The notes beneath the pieces are model-generated. The model worked only from the letters and a program-made list of their open reading frames with translations. It ran no database searches and was not told the DNA's origin. Of a stretch of DNA of 64,000 nt, positions 1 to 9,147 are shown one piece after another. The DNA is from Phycisphaerae bacterium. GTDB taxonomy: Bacteria; Planctomycetota; Phycisphaerae; UBA1845; PWPN01. The stretch covers positions 14,808-78,807 of the forward strand of contig JAGNEZ010000001.1 of the NCBI GenBank assembly GCA_018003015.1. Direction: 5' to 3'. The position numbers and the translations under genes were made by a program. Position 1 is the stretch's first letter. Each line of letters starts with the position of its first letter.

Positions 1-91
1 AACCAGCTGCGCAAGCATCTCAGTGCCGAGCAGCGCCGGGATTGAGATAGCATCTCATAGAGCTAAAAAGATCTAGAAGCGCGTGCCCCCG

Positions 92-1069
92 CTACGCGGA
101 TGGCCCCAGGAAGCTGACCGCGTGATCCAGCACCCGTCGGACGACCTCATCCATGGCGCCGCGCACGCGGACGCCCGCGGAATGGGCGTGGCCGCCGCCG
201 CCCAGGCTGATCGCCAGGGGCAAGATCTCGGTGCTCTCATCGCCGCGGAGATTGACCCGGACGAGGCCCGGTTCCGCCTCGGAAAGCAGCATGGCGATCC
301 GTATCCCGGACAACGAACGGGGAATGGAAACCTGGTCGTCGATGTCGGCCGGAGTGCAACCCGCGGCCTGAATCTCGGCCAGAGTGAGCGTGCTGTACGC
401 AATGCGGCCGTCGCCGACCAGCCGGGTGTTGTGATAAACGGTCCGCATGAGATCGAACTCGTGAGGATGATGAGAACGATACAGCCTCGCCCCGACCTGC
501 TCGACGTCCGCTCCGGCGCGAACCAGGCCAGCCATCGCCTCGAATGTCTCCGCCGAGGCGGTCGGCAAGGTGAAACCGCAGGTATCGGCATGGATGCCGG
601 CGTAGAGGAGCGAGGCGGTGACGCCGTCCAGCGGCCAGCCCGCGGCGACGATCAGTCGATAGATCAGTTCGCAGGAACTGCTGGCACTGTCCACCACCCA
701 GTTGATCCGGCCGTAATCGGGATTGGTCACGTGGTGGTCAATGTTGACCACGAACTTGTCCTCGACCGCGGTCCATTCGCCGGGCACACTGACCCGGCCG
801 GGGCCCGCCGCATCCACGGTGACCAGAACGTCGGCACGGGTGACGCGCACGGCATCGGCCATCGGGACACGGCCCCAGTCGAGCATGAACCTGAGCCTGC
901 GGCTCAGGTGCCTGCCGGGAAGCACGACCGCCCTGTCCGGGGCGGGCAGTACCCGACCCAGGGCAAGCATGGCCCCGAGGGCGTCGACATCGGGATTGGT
1001 ATGCCCCGCGATCACCGGAGCTTGGGCATCGTTCAGGGCTGTGATGAGTTCTGCGGGCGGCATACCCAA
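92..1069 (-). CDS. DHH/DHHA1-family phosphoesterase, NrnA-like (oligoribonuclease / pAp phosphatase)
   Basis: 325-aa ORF with motifs AGHTNPDVDALG, NIDHH and C-terminal GGGGHAHSAG, typical of DHH plus DHHA1 domains. Its ATG lies 4 nt after the sat stop on the same strand. Confidence 0.8.
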   Translation of the reverse strand: MGMPPAELITALNDAQAPVIAGHTNPDVDALGAMLALGRVLPAPDRAVVLPGRHLSRRLRFMLDWGRVPMADAVRVTRADVLVTVDAAGPGRVSVPGEWTAVEDKFVVNIDHHVTNPDYGRINWVVDSASSSCELIYRLIVAAGWPLDGVTASLLYAGIHADTCGFTLPTASAETFEAMAGLVRAGADVEQVGARLYRSHHPHEFDLMRTVYHNTRLVGDGRIAYSTLTLAEIQAAGCTPADIDDQVSIPRSLSGIRIAMLLSEAEPGLVRVNLRGDESTEILPLAISLGGGGHAHSAGVRVRGAMDEVVRRVLDHAVSFLGPSA

Positions 1070-1073
1070 CCGT

Positions 1074-2336
1074 TCACTGCTTGCGGCCCATCGCCTCGAT
1101 TAACACCCGGGCGGTGGACTCGCGCATCAACCGAGGGTCGGGCAGCCGACCGGCGGCCAGGGCCTCGCGAACATCGCGGCCGCTGATCGCAATCGGCTTC
1201 CACCCCCTCTTGCTGCACTCGTCGACCAGGCCGACGCGGCCCAACTCCTCATAGTAAGCGGCGAAGCCGACCTTGACCGGCTTGATCGCCAGATCCCCGT
1301 TGAGCTCGTCGAAGATCCGCTGAGCCGCCAGCGGATCCCAGATGTCCTTGCCGTCGTGATAGGGAGCATCGGCGTGCTTGCGGCCGATGATGATGTCCGT
1401 GAAGCCGAAGTTCTGCCGGTAGATACCGTGCATGATCGCTTCCTTGGGACCGGCGTAGAACATCTTGATGTCCAGGCCGAGCAACAAGGCCACGTCGTTG
1501 ATGTCGTAGCCGGCTTTCTTCCACACCTCCACGTCCTTGTCGCCCTCGCCGAGTTGCCGGTTGTCGAGCAGGGCCTGGTAGGTGCGCATCCGGGTGAGCG
1601 CATCCACATCGTCGGACTTGGTCTCGCCGATGAGCGGATTGAGGACCACACCGGTGTAGAAACCCTGGCGGGTGAGCACCTCCGCGCCATAGACCAGGGC
1701 GTACTCGTGAGCCCGGTGGAGGGGATTGCGGGTCTGAAAGGCGACCACCCGCTTGAACTGCCGTTTGGCGAACAGGGCCCGGGTCTCCTCCGGGCGGAGC
1801 ACGTACTTGCCGTACTCGGGATGCTTGGGCTGGGGCAGGACCTCGAGCTCGCCGCCGACCAGCAATTCGCGATCGTCGGCCATGACCATCTGCCCGCCGG
1901 GGTGATCCAGGCGCGAGGTCTGGTAGACGGCGTGGACGTATCCGGCCTTGTCGTAGGGGAAGATGTCATCCACCCGCAGGATGCCCACCGCATAGCCGGC
2001 GGTGTTCATCAGCCGCACCCTGCGGCCGACCTTGAAGGAGGCGGCCACGTCTTTGGCGACGGGCAGGGAAATCGGAATCGTCCAGGCGTACTTGCGACCG
2101 CCGGAATCGAGGTGTGCGTCACGAATGACCTGATCGCAGACTTGCTTGGTCATCGGTCCGACCAGCGGACTCAAGCCGCCGTCGCCGATCCGGTAGACGC
2201 TGGAGAGGTCGGCGTCGCTGACCGGCATGGCGGGCAGCGAGTTCATCTCCTTGCGGAACTCGGCCTGACGATCAGTTGGGACAGTGCGGTTGACCGGCCT
2301 CGACAGGCCGCCGTGCGGGGGGATCAAATCGACCAT
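1074..2336 (-). CDS. sat: Sulfate adenylyltransferase (ATP sulfurylase), stand-alone
   Basis: 420 aa with diagnostic FQTRNPLHRAHEY and IGRKHADAPYH motifs. No fused APS-kinase domain. Confidence 0.9.
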   Translation of the reverse strand: MVDLIPPHGGLSRPVNRTVPTDRQAEFRKEMNSLPAMPVSDADLSSVYRIGDGGLSPLVGPMTKQVCDQVIRDAHLDSGGRKYAWTIPISLPVAKDVAASFKVGRRVRLMNTAGYAVGILRVDDIFPYDKAGYVHAVYQTSRLDHPGGQMVMADDRELLVGGELEVLPQPKHPEYGKYVLRPEETRALFAKRQFKRVVAFQTRNPLHRAHEYALVYGAEVLTRQGFYTGVVLNPLIGETKSDDVDALTRMRTYQALLDNRQLGEGDKDVEVWKKAGYDINDVALLLGLDIKMFYAGPKEAIMHGIYRQNFGFTDIIIGRKHADAPYHDGKDIWDPLAAQRIFDELNGDLAIKPVKVGFAAYYEELGRVGLVDECSKRGWKPIAISGRDVREALAAGRLPDPRLMRESTARVLIEAMGRKQ

Positions 2337-2421
2337 GGGCGTGTGAACCTGCTCTTCCTTTCAAGCCATGCGCCGGAGATGCCTGCGCGGCAGGCGGAGC
2401 GGCGCGGTACGTCATCGCGGG

Positions 2422-2925
2422 TCAGGCTTTCTTGACCGGGGCCAGAATCATGATGAGCCGCCGGCCTTCGCTCCGCGGCGGGCGCTCCACTTTGACCTTG
2501 TCGCCCATCATGGCAATGATGCCGTTGAACATCTGGAAGCCCAGTTCCTGGTGGAAACGCTCGCGACCCCGGAAGATCATCGTGAACTGGACCTTGTCCC
2601 CCTCCTCCACGAAGCCCTGGGCCTGTTTCATCTTGATGTCACGGTCGTGCTGGCCGATGTCCGGATGCAGACGGATTTCCTTGAGTTTCTGTTCGTGGGT
2701 CTTCTGCTTGCGCTTCTTCTGGGCGTACTTGAACTTGCCGTAGTCCATGATCCGGCAGACCGGCGGGCGTTCGGTCGGGGCGACCTCGACGAGGTCCATT
2801 CCCGCGGCTCGGGCGCGGGACAAGGCGTCGTCGGTCGATATCACCCCCAACTGGTTGTTGTTCTCGTCGATCACGCGAATCGGCGAGATCCGGATCTGTT
2901 CGTTGCAGCGATGGGCTTGAGCGAT
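2422..2925 (-). CDS. infC: Translation initiation factor IF-3, with non-AUG (AUC) start
   Basis: PPVCRIMDYGKFKYAQKKRKQK and the C-domain are conserved. The track ORF starts at GTG 2874, but in-frame upstream codons read AIAQAHRCNEQIRISPIRV, the conserved IF-3 N-terminal strand. This runs back to TGA 2938-2940 with no ATG/GTG/TTG. The start is therefore placed at ATC (2925-2923), with AAAGGAA 7 nt upstream. Confidence 0.85.
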   Translation of the reverse strand: MAQAHRCNEQIRISPIRVIDENNNQLGVISTDDALSRARAAGMDLVEVAPTERPPVCRIMDYGKFKYAQKKRKQKTHEQKLKEIRLHPDIGQHDRDIKMKQAQGFVEEGDKVQFTMIFRGRERFHQELGFQMFNGIIAMMGDKVKVERPPRSEGRRLIMILAPVKKA

Positions 2926-2963
2926 GGCTCGTTCCTTTCAGATGTAACTCGACTGCCTGTGAC

Positions 2964-5117
2964 CTACAACGAGACGGCGCGCGTCTCGACTTCTTCCCGG
3001 CAGCGGGCGATGAACGCATCGAGAGGCTCGGTGCCGATGGTCTTGCCCGTGCGATCGTTCACGTTCACGGTTCCCTCAGACGCTTCTTTCTCGCCGACCA
3101 CAAGAATATAAGGGATCTTGTTCTTGCGGGCCTCGTGCTTCTTGGGTCCGATCTTCTCCGCGGAGACGTCCAGGATGGTCCGCAGACCGGCGGCCTCCAA
3201 CCGGCCGCGCACCTGCCCGGCGTAGTCGGCGCTCTTCTCGCTGATCGAGGCCACATACACCTGTACCGGGGCCAGCCAGATCGGGAAGGCACCGGCGAAA
3301 TGCTCGATCAGGATGGCCACGAACCGCTCGAAGGCCCCGAAGGGGGCTCGATGGATCATCACCGGCCGATGCGGTGTATTGTCCGATCCGACGTAGGACA
3401 GGTCAAACCGCTCGGGGAGATTGTAGTCCACCTGGACGGTCCCCAACTGCCATTCCCGCTCCAGGCAATCCTTCACCACGAAGTCGATCTTGGGGCCGTA
3501 GAAAGCCGCTTCGCCGATCTCTTCGGTGTACTTCATCCCGCTGGCCTGGACCGCCTGGCGGATGGCCGCTTCCGACAAGGCCCAGTTCTCGTCGCTGCCG
3601 ACGTACTTATCGCTGGCCGGCTCGCGCAGACTGACCCGCACCCGGTAGTTTCCTAACTTCAGTAAATCCAATACTTTACGCGTCAGATTGACGCAGCCGG
3701 TGATCTCCTCGAGCAGTTGATCCGGGCGACAGAAGAGGTGGGCGTCGTCCTGGGTGAACCCTCGCACCCGGGTCATGCCGGACAGTTCGCCGCTGGCCTC
3801 GTAGCGGTAGACGGTGCCGAACTCTGCCAGCCGGACGGGGAGATCGCGGTAGCTGCGCGGCTCGGAGGCGTAGATGCGGATGTGGTGGGGGCAGTTCATG
3901 GGCCGCAGCAGATAGCCGTCGTTCTCGCTGAGCAGATCTCGAACCAGCTGCTGGTTGTACTGTTTCATGCCCGGGCCGTTCTGGAGTTTCTTCTCGGTGA
4001 GCCGCCGGGCGGTCTCGGGCGACAGGGTTTCGATCTCGCCGAGGAGGCGCTGCTCGTCGGGGCTGAGGCCCTCGGCGTCGCCCCGGGCGACGGTTGCCTC
4101 CCACAGCTCGCTCAACTTGCGGGCCAGTTCGCTCTCGTAGAGTGGCGGGAACTGGCTGTCCTTGTAGTACGGGAAGTGTCCGCTGGTTCTGTACAGGCTG
4201 AGCTTCCCAATCTGGGGTGTGTAGACCATCTGATAGCCGGTGCGGATCAGTTCGGTGCGGATGAAGCACTCCAGCTCATGGCGAACGATGGCCCCCTTCG
4301 GCTTCCAGAGGACCAGGCCGCTGCCGACCAGCGGGTCGATGGTGAACAGACCCAGTTCCTGGCCAATACGGCGGTGGTCGCGTTTCCTGGCCTCCTCCAG
4401 CTGGGCGAGATACCTGGCCTGGTCCTTGGGCGTTGGCCAAGCGGTGCCGTAGACCCGTTGGAGCTGTTTCTCGCTCTGATCGCCGCGGTAATAGGCCCCG
4501 CTGACCTGCATAATCTTGAAGGCCCCGATCCGACCCGTACTGGGCAGATGAGGACCGCGGCACAGATCCTCGAAACACCGACCCTGCTCGGTGCCGGTCA
4601 TGTAGAAACTCAGCTCGCCCTCGGCTCGCTCGGCATTGTCGATCTTGTAGCGATTGCCCTCGGCCCGAAGACGGTTCAAACCTTCTTCGCGGTTCATCGC
4701 GTAGCGGGTGAACGGGCGGTCGGCTTTCACGATCTCGGCCATCCTGGCCTCGATCGCCTCGAAATCGTCGGGGCTGATCGGCCGGTCGAGATCGATGTCG
4801 TAGTAAAAGCCGTTCTCGATGGCTGGGCCATAGACCAACTTGGTCTGGGGGAACAGGGCGCAGATCGCCTCGGCCATCACGTGGGCGGCGCTATGGCGAA
4901 TGACCTCGAGGCTGTCGGCGTTTTCGGCGCTGGGCGTGAGAATCTCGAGCCGGCAGTCGCGGTCGATGGCTCGGTTCAGATCGACCACCTGGTCGTCGAT
5001 CTTGCCGGCGATGGCGGCCTTGGCCAGACGAGGACCGATGCGAGCGGCCACATCGGCGACAGTGCTGCCGGATGGCACGTCGAGCGTGTTGTCGTCGGGA
5101 AGAGTTACGAGAGGCAT
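2964..5117 (-). CDS. thrS: Threonine--tRNA ligase
   Basis: TGS-like N-terminus, editing-domain motif IRHSAAHVMAEA, class II core motifs RPMNCPHH, GFTQDDAHLFC and HRAPFGAFERF, plus an anticodon-binding C-terminus. Start trimmed to MPLVTLPD (ATG 5117). Classical thrS-infC order. Confidence 0.95.
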   Translation of the reverse strand: MPLVTLPDDNTLDVPSGSTVADVAARIGPRLAKAAIAGKIDDQVVDLNRAIDRDCRLEILTPSAENADSLEVIRHSAAHVMAEAICALFPQTKLVYGPAIENGFYYDIDLDRPISPDDFEAIEARMAEIVKADRPFTRYAMNREEGLNRLRAEGNRYKIDNAERAEGELSFYMTGTEQGRCFEDLCRGPHLPSTGRIGAFKIMQVSGAYYRGDQSEKQLQRVYGTAWPTPKDQARYLAQLEEARKRDHRRIGQELGLFTIDPLVGSGLVLWKPKGAIVRHELECFIRTELIRTGYQMVYTPQIGKLSLYRTSGHFPYYKDSQFPPLYESELARKLSELWEATVARGDAEGLSPDEQRLLGEIETLSPETARRLTEKKLQNGPGMKQYNQQLVRDLLSENDGYLLRPMNCPHHIRIYASEPRSYRDLPVRLAEFGTVYRYEASGELSGMTRVRGFTQDDAHLFCRPDQLLEEITGCVNLTRKVLDLLKLGNYRVRVSLREPASDKYVGSDENWALSEAAIRQAVQASGMKYTEEIGEAAFYGPKIDFVVKDCLEREWQLGTVQVDYNLPERFDLSYVGSDNTPHRPVMIHRAPFGAFERFVAILIEHFAGAFPIWLAPVQVYVASISEKSADYAGQVRGRLEAAGLRTILDVSAEKIGPKKHEARKNKIPYILVVGEKEASEGTVNVNDRTGKTIGTEPLDAFIARCREEVETRAVSL

Positions 5118-5551
5118 GGGACGAGTCTGTGATGCATGGTCTTCACCTACCTGATGCCACAACTATAGCGTTTGACCCGTATGCGTCAAGGCGAAGAGGG
5201 GGCATTACCCCTGGGCCTTGGCGTGCCGTCGACCTCCGGGCTGGTGGCCCTGGGCGATAGCCAGGACGGCATGCATCGCCCACCCGGAGGCGACCTTGGC
5301 GTCGGCCGAAGCGGGATCCTCCGCTGGGGCGGGTGGACCCCGCGGGCCTGTGCCGCAGTGCCGCACCGAGTCGGCGATAACTCGCGGCGTTGACGGAGGT
5401 TATCGACTGGCCGGCAGGGCAACCCCCACTCCAGCGTGGTTGGGCGTCCTGGCGTTGGCCCATCGAGCCGAAGCCCGGCTGAGCGGGCTGGGGCCGCCCC
5501 TGGGGAGCGGCGTGGGGCCCGCGGGCGTCGCGGACCCTTGCCTTGGGGCCC

Positions 5552-5589
5552 CTCAAAACGCGGAACCCCCGGCGGGACAGGCCGGGGGT
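5552..5589 (-). terminator. Candidate intrinsic terminator of the PEP-CTERM gene
   Basis: 9-bp GC stem acccccggc/gccgggggt (5565-5573 / 5581-5589) with a 7-nt loop, about 36 nt past the stop. On the minus strand it is followed by ccgcgTTTTg. Confidence 0.45.
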
Positions 5590-5624
5590 CCACCTGGAGC
5601 TTGGGGCTGCGACGGACGACCGCG

Positions 5625-6461
5625 TCAGGCGGCGCGTCGGCGGGCCAGCAGGCCCATGGCAGCCAGCAAAAAGAGCCCAATACTGGCAGGCTCGGGGACG
5701 GCCACGATCTGCATGCCGTTGATCGTCGCCCGGAGGGCGCTACCGCTGATCTCCTCGGTCTTCAGGATGAAGCTATCGGCGGTCAGGCCGGTAAACACGA
5801 TCATGTTGGCTTCGGCCGCGGTGTCCGCGGAATTGGCCGACAGCGGAGCCTGGATATAGGTACCCGAGAAGTTGATCACATCCTTGACGAACACCTGGGG
5901 AGTCAGGATGCCACCCAGCGCCGTCGGCGGATCGTTGCTGTCGCCAGGCTCTTGCAGCCAGTACTCGGAGACTCGGCCGGAGGTTTCGTCGCCATCGGTG
6001 TAAACGACGACGTTGTAGCTCGGTGCGCCCTGAGCCGCGAGCCATGCGCTGACGCCTCGGGCACAGACTTCCGGCTTATTCGCATTGTCCCAGAAATTGT
6101 AGGGAACGGCGGTGTCGAGGTTGGCCACGCCGGTGGCATCGACATAGCCGTTCATCAGCTTGTAGTCGGGGGTACCGAAGCCGATGCCCAAACGCCAAGT
6201 GTTATTGGAGTCCCAGGTCACGGTGATACCGCTGGCGGCGCCATCGCTGCCATTCACCGCGACACCCTGGCCCCATCGACCCAGGTTGTTCCAGTTGACC
6301 TGAGCATAGCCCGGAGCGCCGGCGGATTCCGCCGCACCCAGGTTCTCGTCACCTGAATCCGTGAAGTTGATACCGACGCTGGAACCCCACGCCGCAGGCA
6401 AGCCCGCGCACAACAGGACGGTTGCCACGGCGGCAACTTGCTTCCATCCTACTCCTCTCAT
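5625..6461 (-). CDS. Secreted PEP-CTERM-anchored protein of unknown function
   Basis: C-terminus VPEPASIGLFLLAAMGLLARRRAA gives PEP motif, TM helix and Arg cluster. Start trimmed to MRGVGWKQVAAVATVLLCAGLPAAWG (signal peptide, ATG 6461). Confidence 0.8.
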   Translation of the reverse strand: MRGVGWKQVAAVATVLLCAGLPAAWGSSVGINFTDSGDENLGAAESAGAPGYAQVNWNNLGRWGQGVAVNGSDGAASGITVTWDSNNTWRLGIGFGTPDYKLMNGYVDATGVANLDTAVPYNFWDNANKPEVCARGVSAWLAAQGAPSYNVVVYTDGDETSGRVSEYWLQEPGDSNDPPTALGGILTPQVFVKDVINFSGTYIQAPLSANSADTAAEANMIVFTGLTADSFILKTEEISGSALRATINGMQIVAVPEPASIGLFLLAAMGLLARRRAA

Positions 6462-6993
6462 CGATGGTCTCCTTTCTGAGCCAAGTAAGAAATGACAAAC
6501 ACCGGACGGTGGTACCACCACCCCTCCGGGCGGCACCGGCTTACAACGCGATCGCCGCTACACCCATTTCTTCAATCATCACCCACCGCATGAACGGCGG
6601 GAACACATGCTCGCAAGGACCTCACGCCCCCCCGATACCCGAAGTGCCTCGCAGGAATCGAAGGGCACGCGTATTCCAACCTATACTGTACCTGGAACCT
6701 CCTTTCGCCGCAAGAGAATCTTGGAAGGAACCGGCCGCATGGGCCACCCCGCCGACATGGTGGAGAACGACGAATGGGGCAGGGGCTGGTCGCCGCCCGG
6801 GGGCCAAGCGGGGCAGGCCGCGTGCTTGCCAGCCCGGTCTCTCTTGAGATGGCATCCGATGGCTCCGTAACCAGACGGCCGGGCGCCGGCCCTGCGATCG
6901 GCGAATCTGAAGCACCCGCTGGAGGCTGTACAGCCTGTAAGGAAACAACGCGGGGACGACAATACCAATCAGGGGTCTGCCGGAGTCTGGCAC

Positions 6994-7428
6994 GTGGCCG
7001 ATCTGTCCAATTTCGGGATGAACATCTATCTGGGGATTGGTCTAGCGATTGTCCTGGGCTTCCTCGCTTGCGTGGTGCTGGGGTTGTGGGTCGGTCTGCG
7101 AGCCTGGTTCTGGCTGGCCGCCCAGAAGCGAGCCCAGGCCAGGTTCCATCGCACCAGCCGCCGAGCGGACGGGAAGGTCTACCCGCCTTGGATTGGCGGC
7201 ATCTGCGACGAATGCAAGCGAGTGCGTAGGAAAATCTACTACCCGCCGAATGGACCTCGTCTTTGTCCGGAGTGCTACGAGCGGTTTTGGCGACAGGAGG
7301 AAGCGGCCCGGTCTGCTCCCAGCGGGACGGAGGAGGCTTGCGATTCGTCCATTCCGGTCCGGTTCCAGCGCTCTGGGCGTTCCGCGCCGATGTGCGGATC
7401 GGCCGGGCATCACGATGCTGGCCTCTGA
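6994..7428 (+). CDS. Hypothetical small membrane-anchored zinc-ribbon protein
   Basis: 144-aa ORF (GTG 6994; alternative ATG 7018) with one TM helix, IYLGIGLAIVLGFLACVVLGLWVGL, followed by CDEC-x16-CPEC. Codon pattern looks coding. No family recognised. Confidence 0.45.
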   Translation: MADLSNFGMNIYLGIGLAIVLGFLACVVLGLWVGLRAWFWLAAQKRAQARFHRTSRRADGKVYPPWIGGICDECKRVRRKIYYPPNGPRLCPECYERFWRQEEAARSAPSGTEEACDSSIPVRFQRSGRSAPMCGSAGHHDAGL

Positions 7429-7936
7429 ACGCGGTCACATTCCCACCGGGCGGCTGGGGATCTGAGCCGGTCGAGGATGGGGGCGTATTATGGCCGGCGC
7501 CAAACGAACCCATTGGGGCTTCTGGCCGGATGTGAGAAGACGCTTGTCCAAAAGGACTTGCGGGCATACGTACCTCTGGCAGCTCGACGCGTTCTCCCTT
7601 TTGGGTTCTCAGGGCGTCCAGATCCTCGGGCATCGGACTCGGTCTGTTCGGATGGTTGGCCGGCGGGCAGACCGCCCACCGTGAGAACACAGCGTGTGTT
7701 CCGTGGCCGCGGCCTTGACGAAGCGTCCCGAGGTTCGACGCCGGACCGGTCTGACTATGTGGGCGTGGGGTTGGCGGCGATCGAGCCTGACGCGGTGAAG
7801 GGTCACGTCCACCTACCTTCCTCGACCTTCCGGTGCCCAATGGTGGGAAGGATGGCTTGCTCAGCTGATGAGGCGGAAGAGGCCCGAAGAGTGAGTCGGC
7901 GAGTTGGCGTGGGGTGCAGCTTGAGGACGAAGCGGG

Positions 7937-9136
7937 TCACACCCCACGGCTGACCGAGTTCATCATCGCGAGGTTGCGGCGAATCAACTCGATCCGCTGC
8001 TGGACGCAGGCGTAGGAGCGAAGTGGATCGGGTGGCGTGTTCTTGCAGTAGTCGACGAGCCGCTCGAGGGTGGTGGTGGCCACGTGGCAGCGGGTATCGC
8101 TGGACGCGTAGTAGATGAACAGGCGGCCGTCGGGTTTGGCGACCCAGCCGTTGGAGAAGGTCACGTTGGAGACATCGCCGACGCGTTCCATGCCGGAGGG
8201 GGCGAGCAGGTAGCCGGCAGGCTCATGGATGAGGTGGCTGGGGTCGTCGAGAGCGGTCATGAACGCGTAGAGGACGTAGCGCAGGCCGGCGGCGGTGTGG
8301 CGTACACCGTGCGCCAGCTGCAACCAGCCGGCGGGTGTTTTCAGGGGTGCGGGGCCCAGGCCGTTCTTTACCTCGTTGATGGTATGGTACTTGCGATCCT
8401 GGACGATCTTCTCGGGCCCGAGGCGGGCGTTCTCGACGCTGTCGGCCAAGGCCCAGCCGATGCCGCCGCCCGAGCCGGCATCGATGAAGCCGTCCTGGGG
8501 GCGCGTGTAGAAGGCGTACTTGCCGTCGACGAATTCGGGGTGAAGAACGACGTTGCGTTGCTGGGGGGAGCGGGTCTTGAGGTCGGGCAGTCGTTGCCAG
8601 CTCTTGAGGTCCCTGGTTCGGGCGATGCCGCACTGGGCAATGGCGGATGACAGGTCGCCGCGTGGCGCGTTGGGGTCCTTGCGTTCGGTACAGAACAGGC
8701 CGTAGACCCATCCGTCCTGGTGCTGGACGAGTCTCATGTCGTAGACGTTGATATCCGGCTCGTCCGTCTCGGGAAGGACGACGGGGTAGTCCCAGAAGCG
8801 GAATTGATCGATCCCGCTGGGGCTTTCGGCGACGGCGAAGAAGCTCTTGCGATCGACGCCTTCGACGCGGGCCATGAGGCAGATTCTGCCGTTCAAATCG
8901 ATGGCGCCGGGATTGAACACGGCGTTGATGCCCTGTCGCTCCATGAGGTGGGGGTTGGTTGTCGGGTCGAGATCGTATCGCCAGAAGATCGGGGCATGCT
9001 TGGCGGTGAGGACCGGATACCTGTACCGCTCGAAGACGCCGTTGCTTTCAGGCAACCTCTCGTTGGGCCGGTCGATGAGTTCCTGGTGAGTGGCCAGGAG
9101 TTTTTGCAGGCGTTGGCTGAATGACGTGGATGCCAT
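7937..9136 (-). CDS. GH130 phosphorylase, 4-O-beta-D-mannosyl-D-glucose phosphorylase-like
   Basis: The N-terminus MASTSF...[26 protein letters not shown]...NAVFNPGAI and overall ~400-aa length match the GH130 subfamily-1 pattern. Start trimmed to ATG 9136, 12 nt after the epimerase stop. Confidence 0.85.
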   Translation of the reverse strand: MASTSFSQRLQKLLATHQELIDRPNERLPESNGVFERYRYPVLTAKHAPIFWRYDLDPTTNPHLMERQGINAVFNPGAIDLNGRICLMARVEGVDRKSFFAVAESPSGIDQFRFWDYPVVLPETDEPDINVYDMRLVQHQDGWVYGLFCTERKDPNAPRGDLSSAIAQCGIARTRDLKSWQRLPDLKTRSPQQRNVVLHPEFVDGKYAFYTRPQDGFIDAGSGGGIGWALADSVENARLGPEKIVQDRKYHTINEVKNGLGPAPLKTPAGWLQLAHGVRHTAAGLRYVLYAFMTALDDPSHLIHEPAGYLLAPSGMERVGDVSNVTFSNGWVAKPDGRLFIYYASSDTRCHVATTTLERLVDYCKNTPPDPLRSYACVQQRIELIRRNLAMMNSVSRGV

Positions 9137-9147
9137 GTCTTGTTCCT

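Noticed and set aside
1-45. Possible 3' end of a plus-strand gene (…NQLRKHLSAEQRRD*) at the window edge.
   Set aside because: Only 14 codons are visible, which is too little to support a call.
3717-5132. Very long ORFs antisense to recognised genes. Examples: 83-1186(+), 1356-2435(+), 3717-5132(+), 10184-11887(+), 19052-20053(+), 27375-28457(+), 32761-34176(-), 46951-48990(+), 50616-51791(-), 52185-53789(-), 58719-59891(-), 61115-62653(-).
   Set aside because: The opposite strand carries unmistakable family motifs in every case. The antisense translations are Gly/Val/Asp/Arg/His/Leu-rich with no motifs. Stop-poor antisense frames are expected in high-GC DNA.
6572-7840. 422-aa minus-strand ORF spanning the gene-poor tract.
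   Set aside because: Extreme Pro/Arg/Ser/Gly composition, no motifs, and it overlaps the more credible TM + zinc-ribbon ORF on the other strand. Treated as non-coding.
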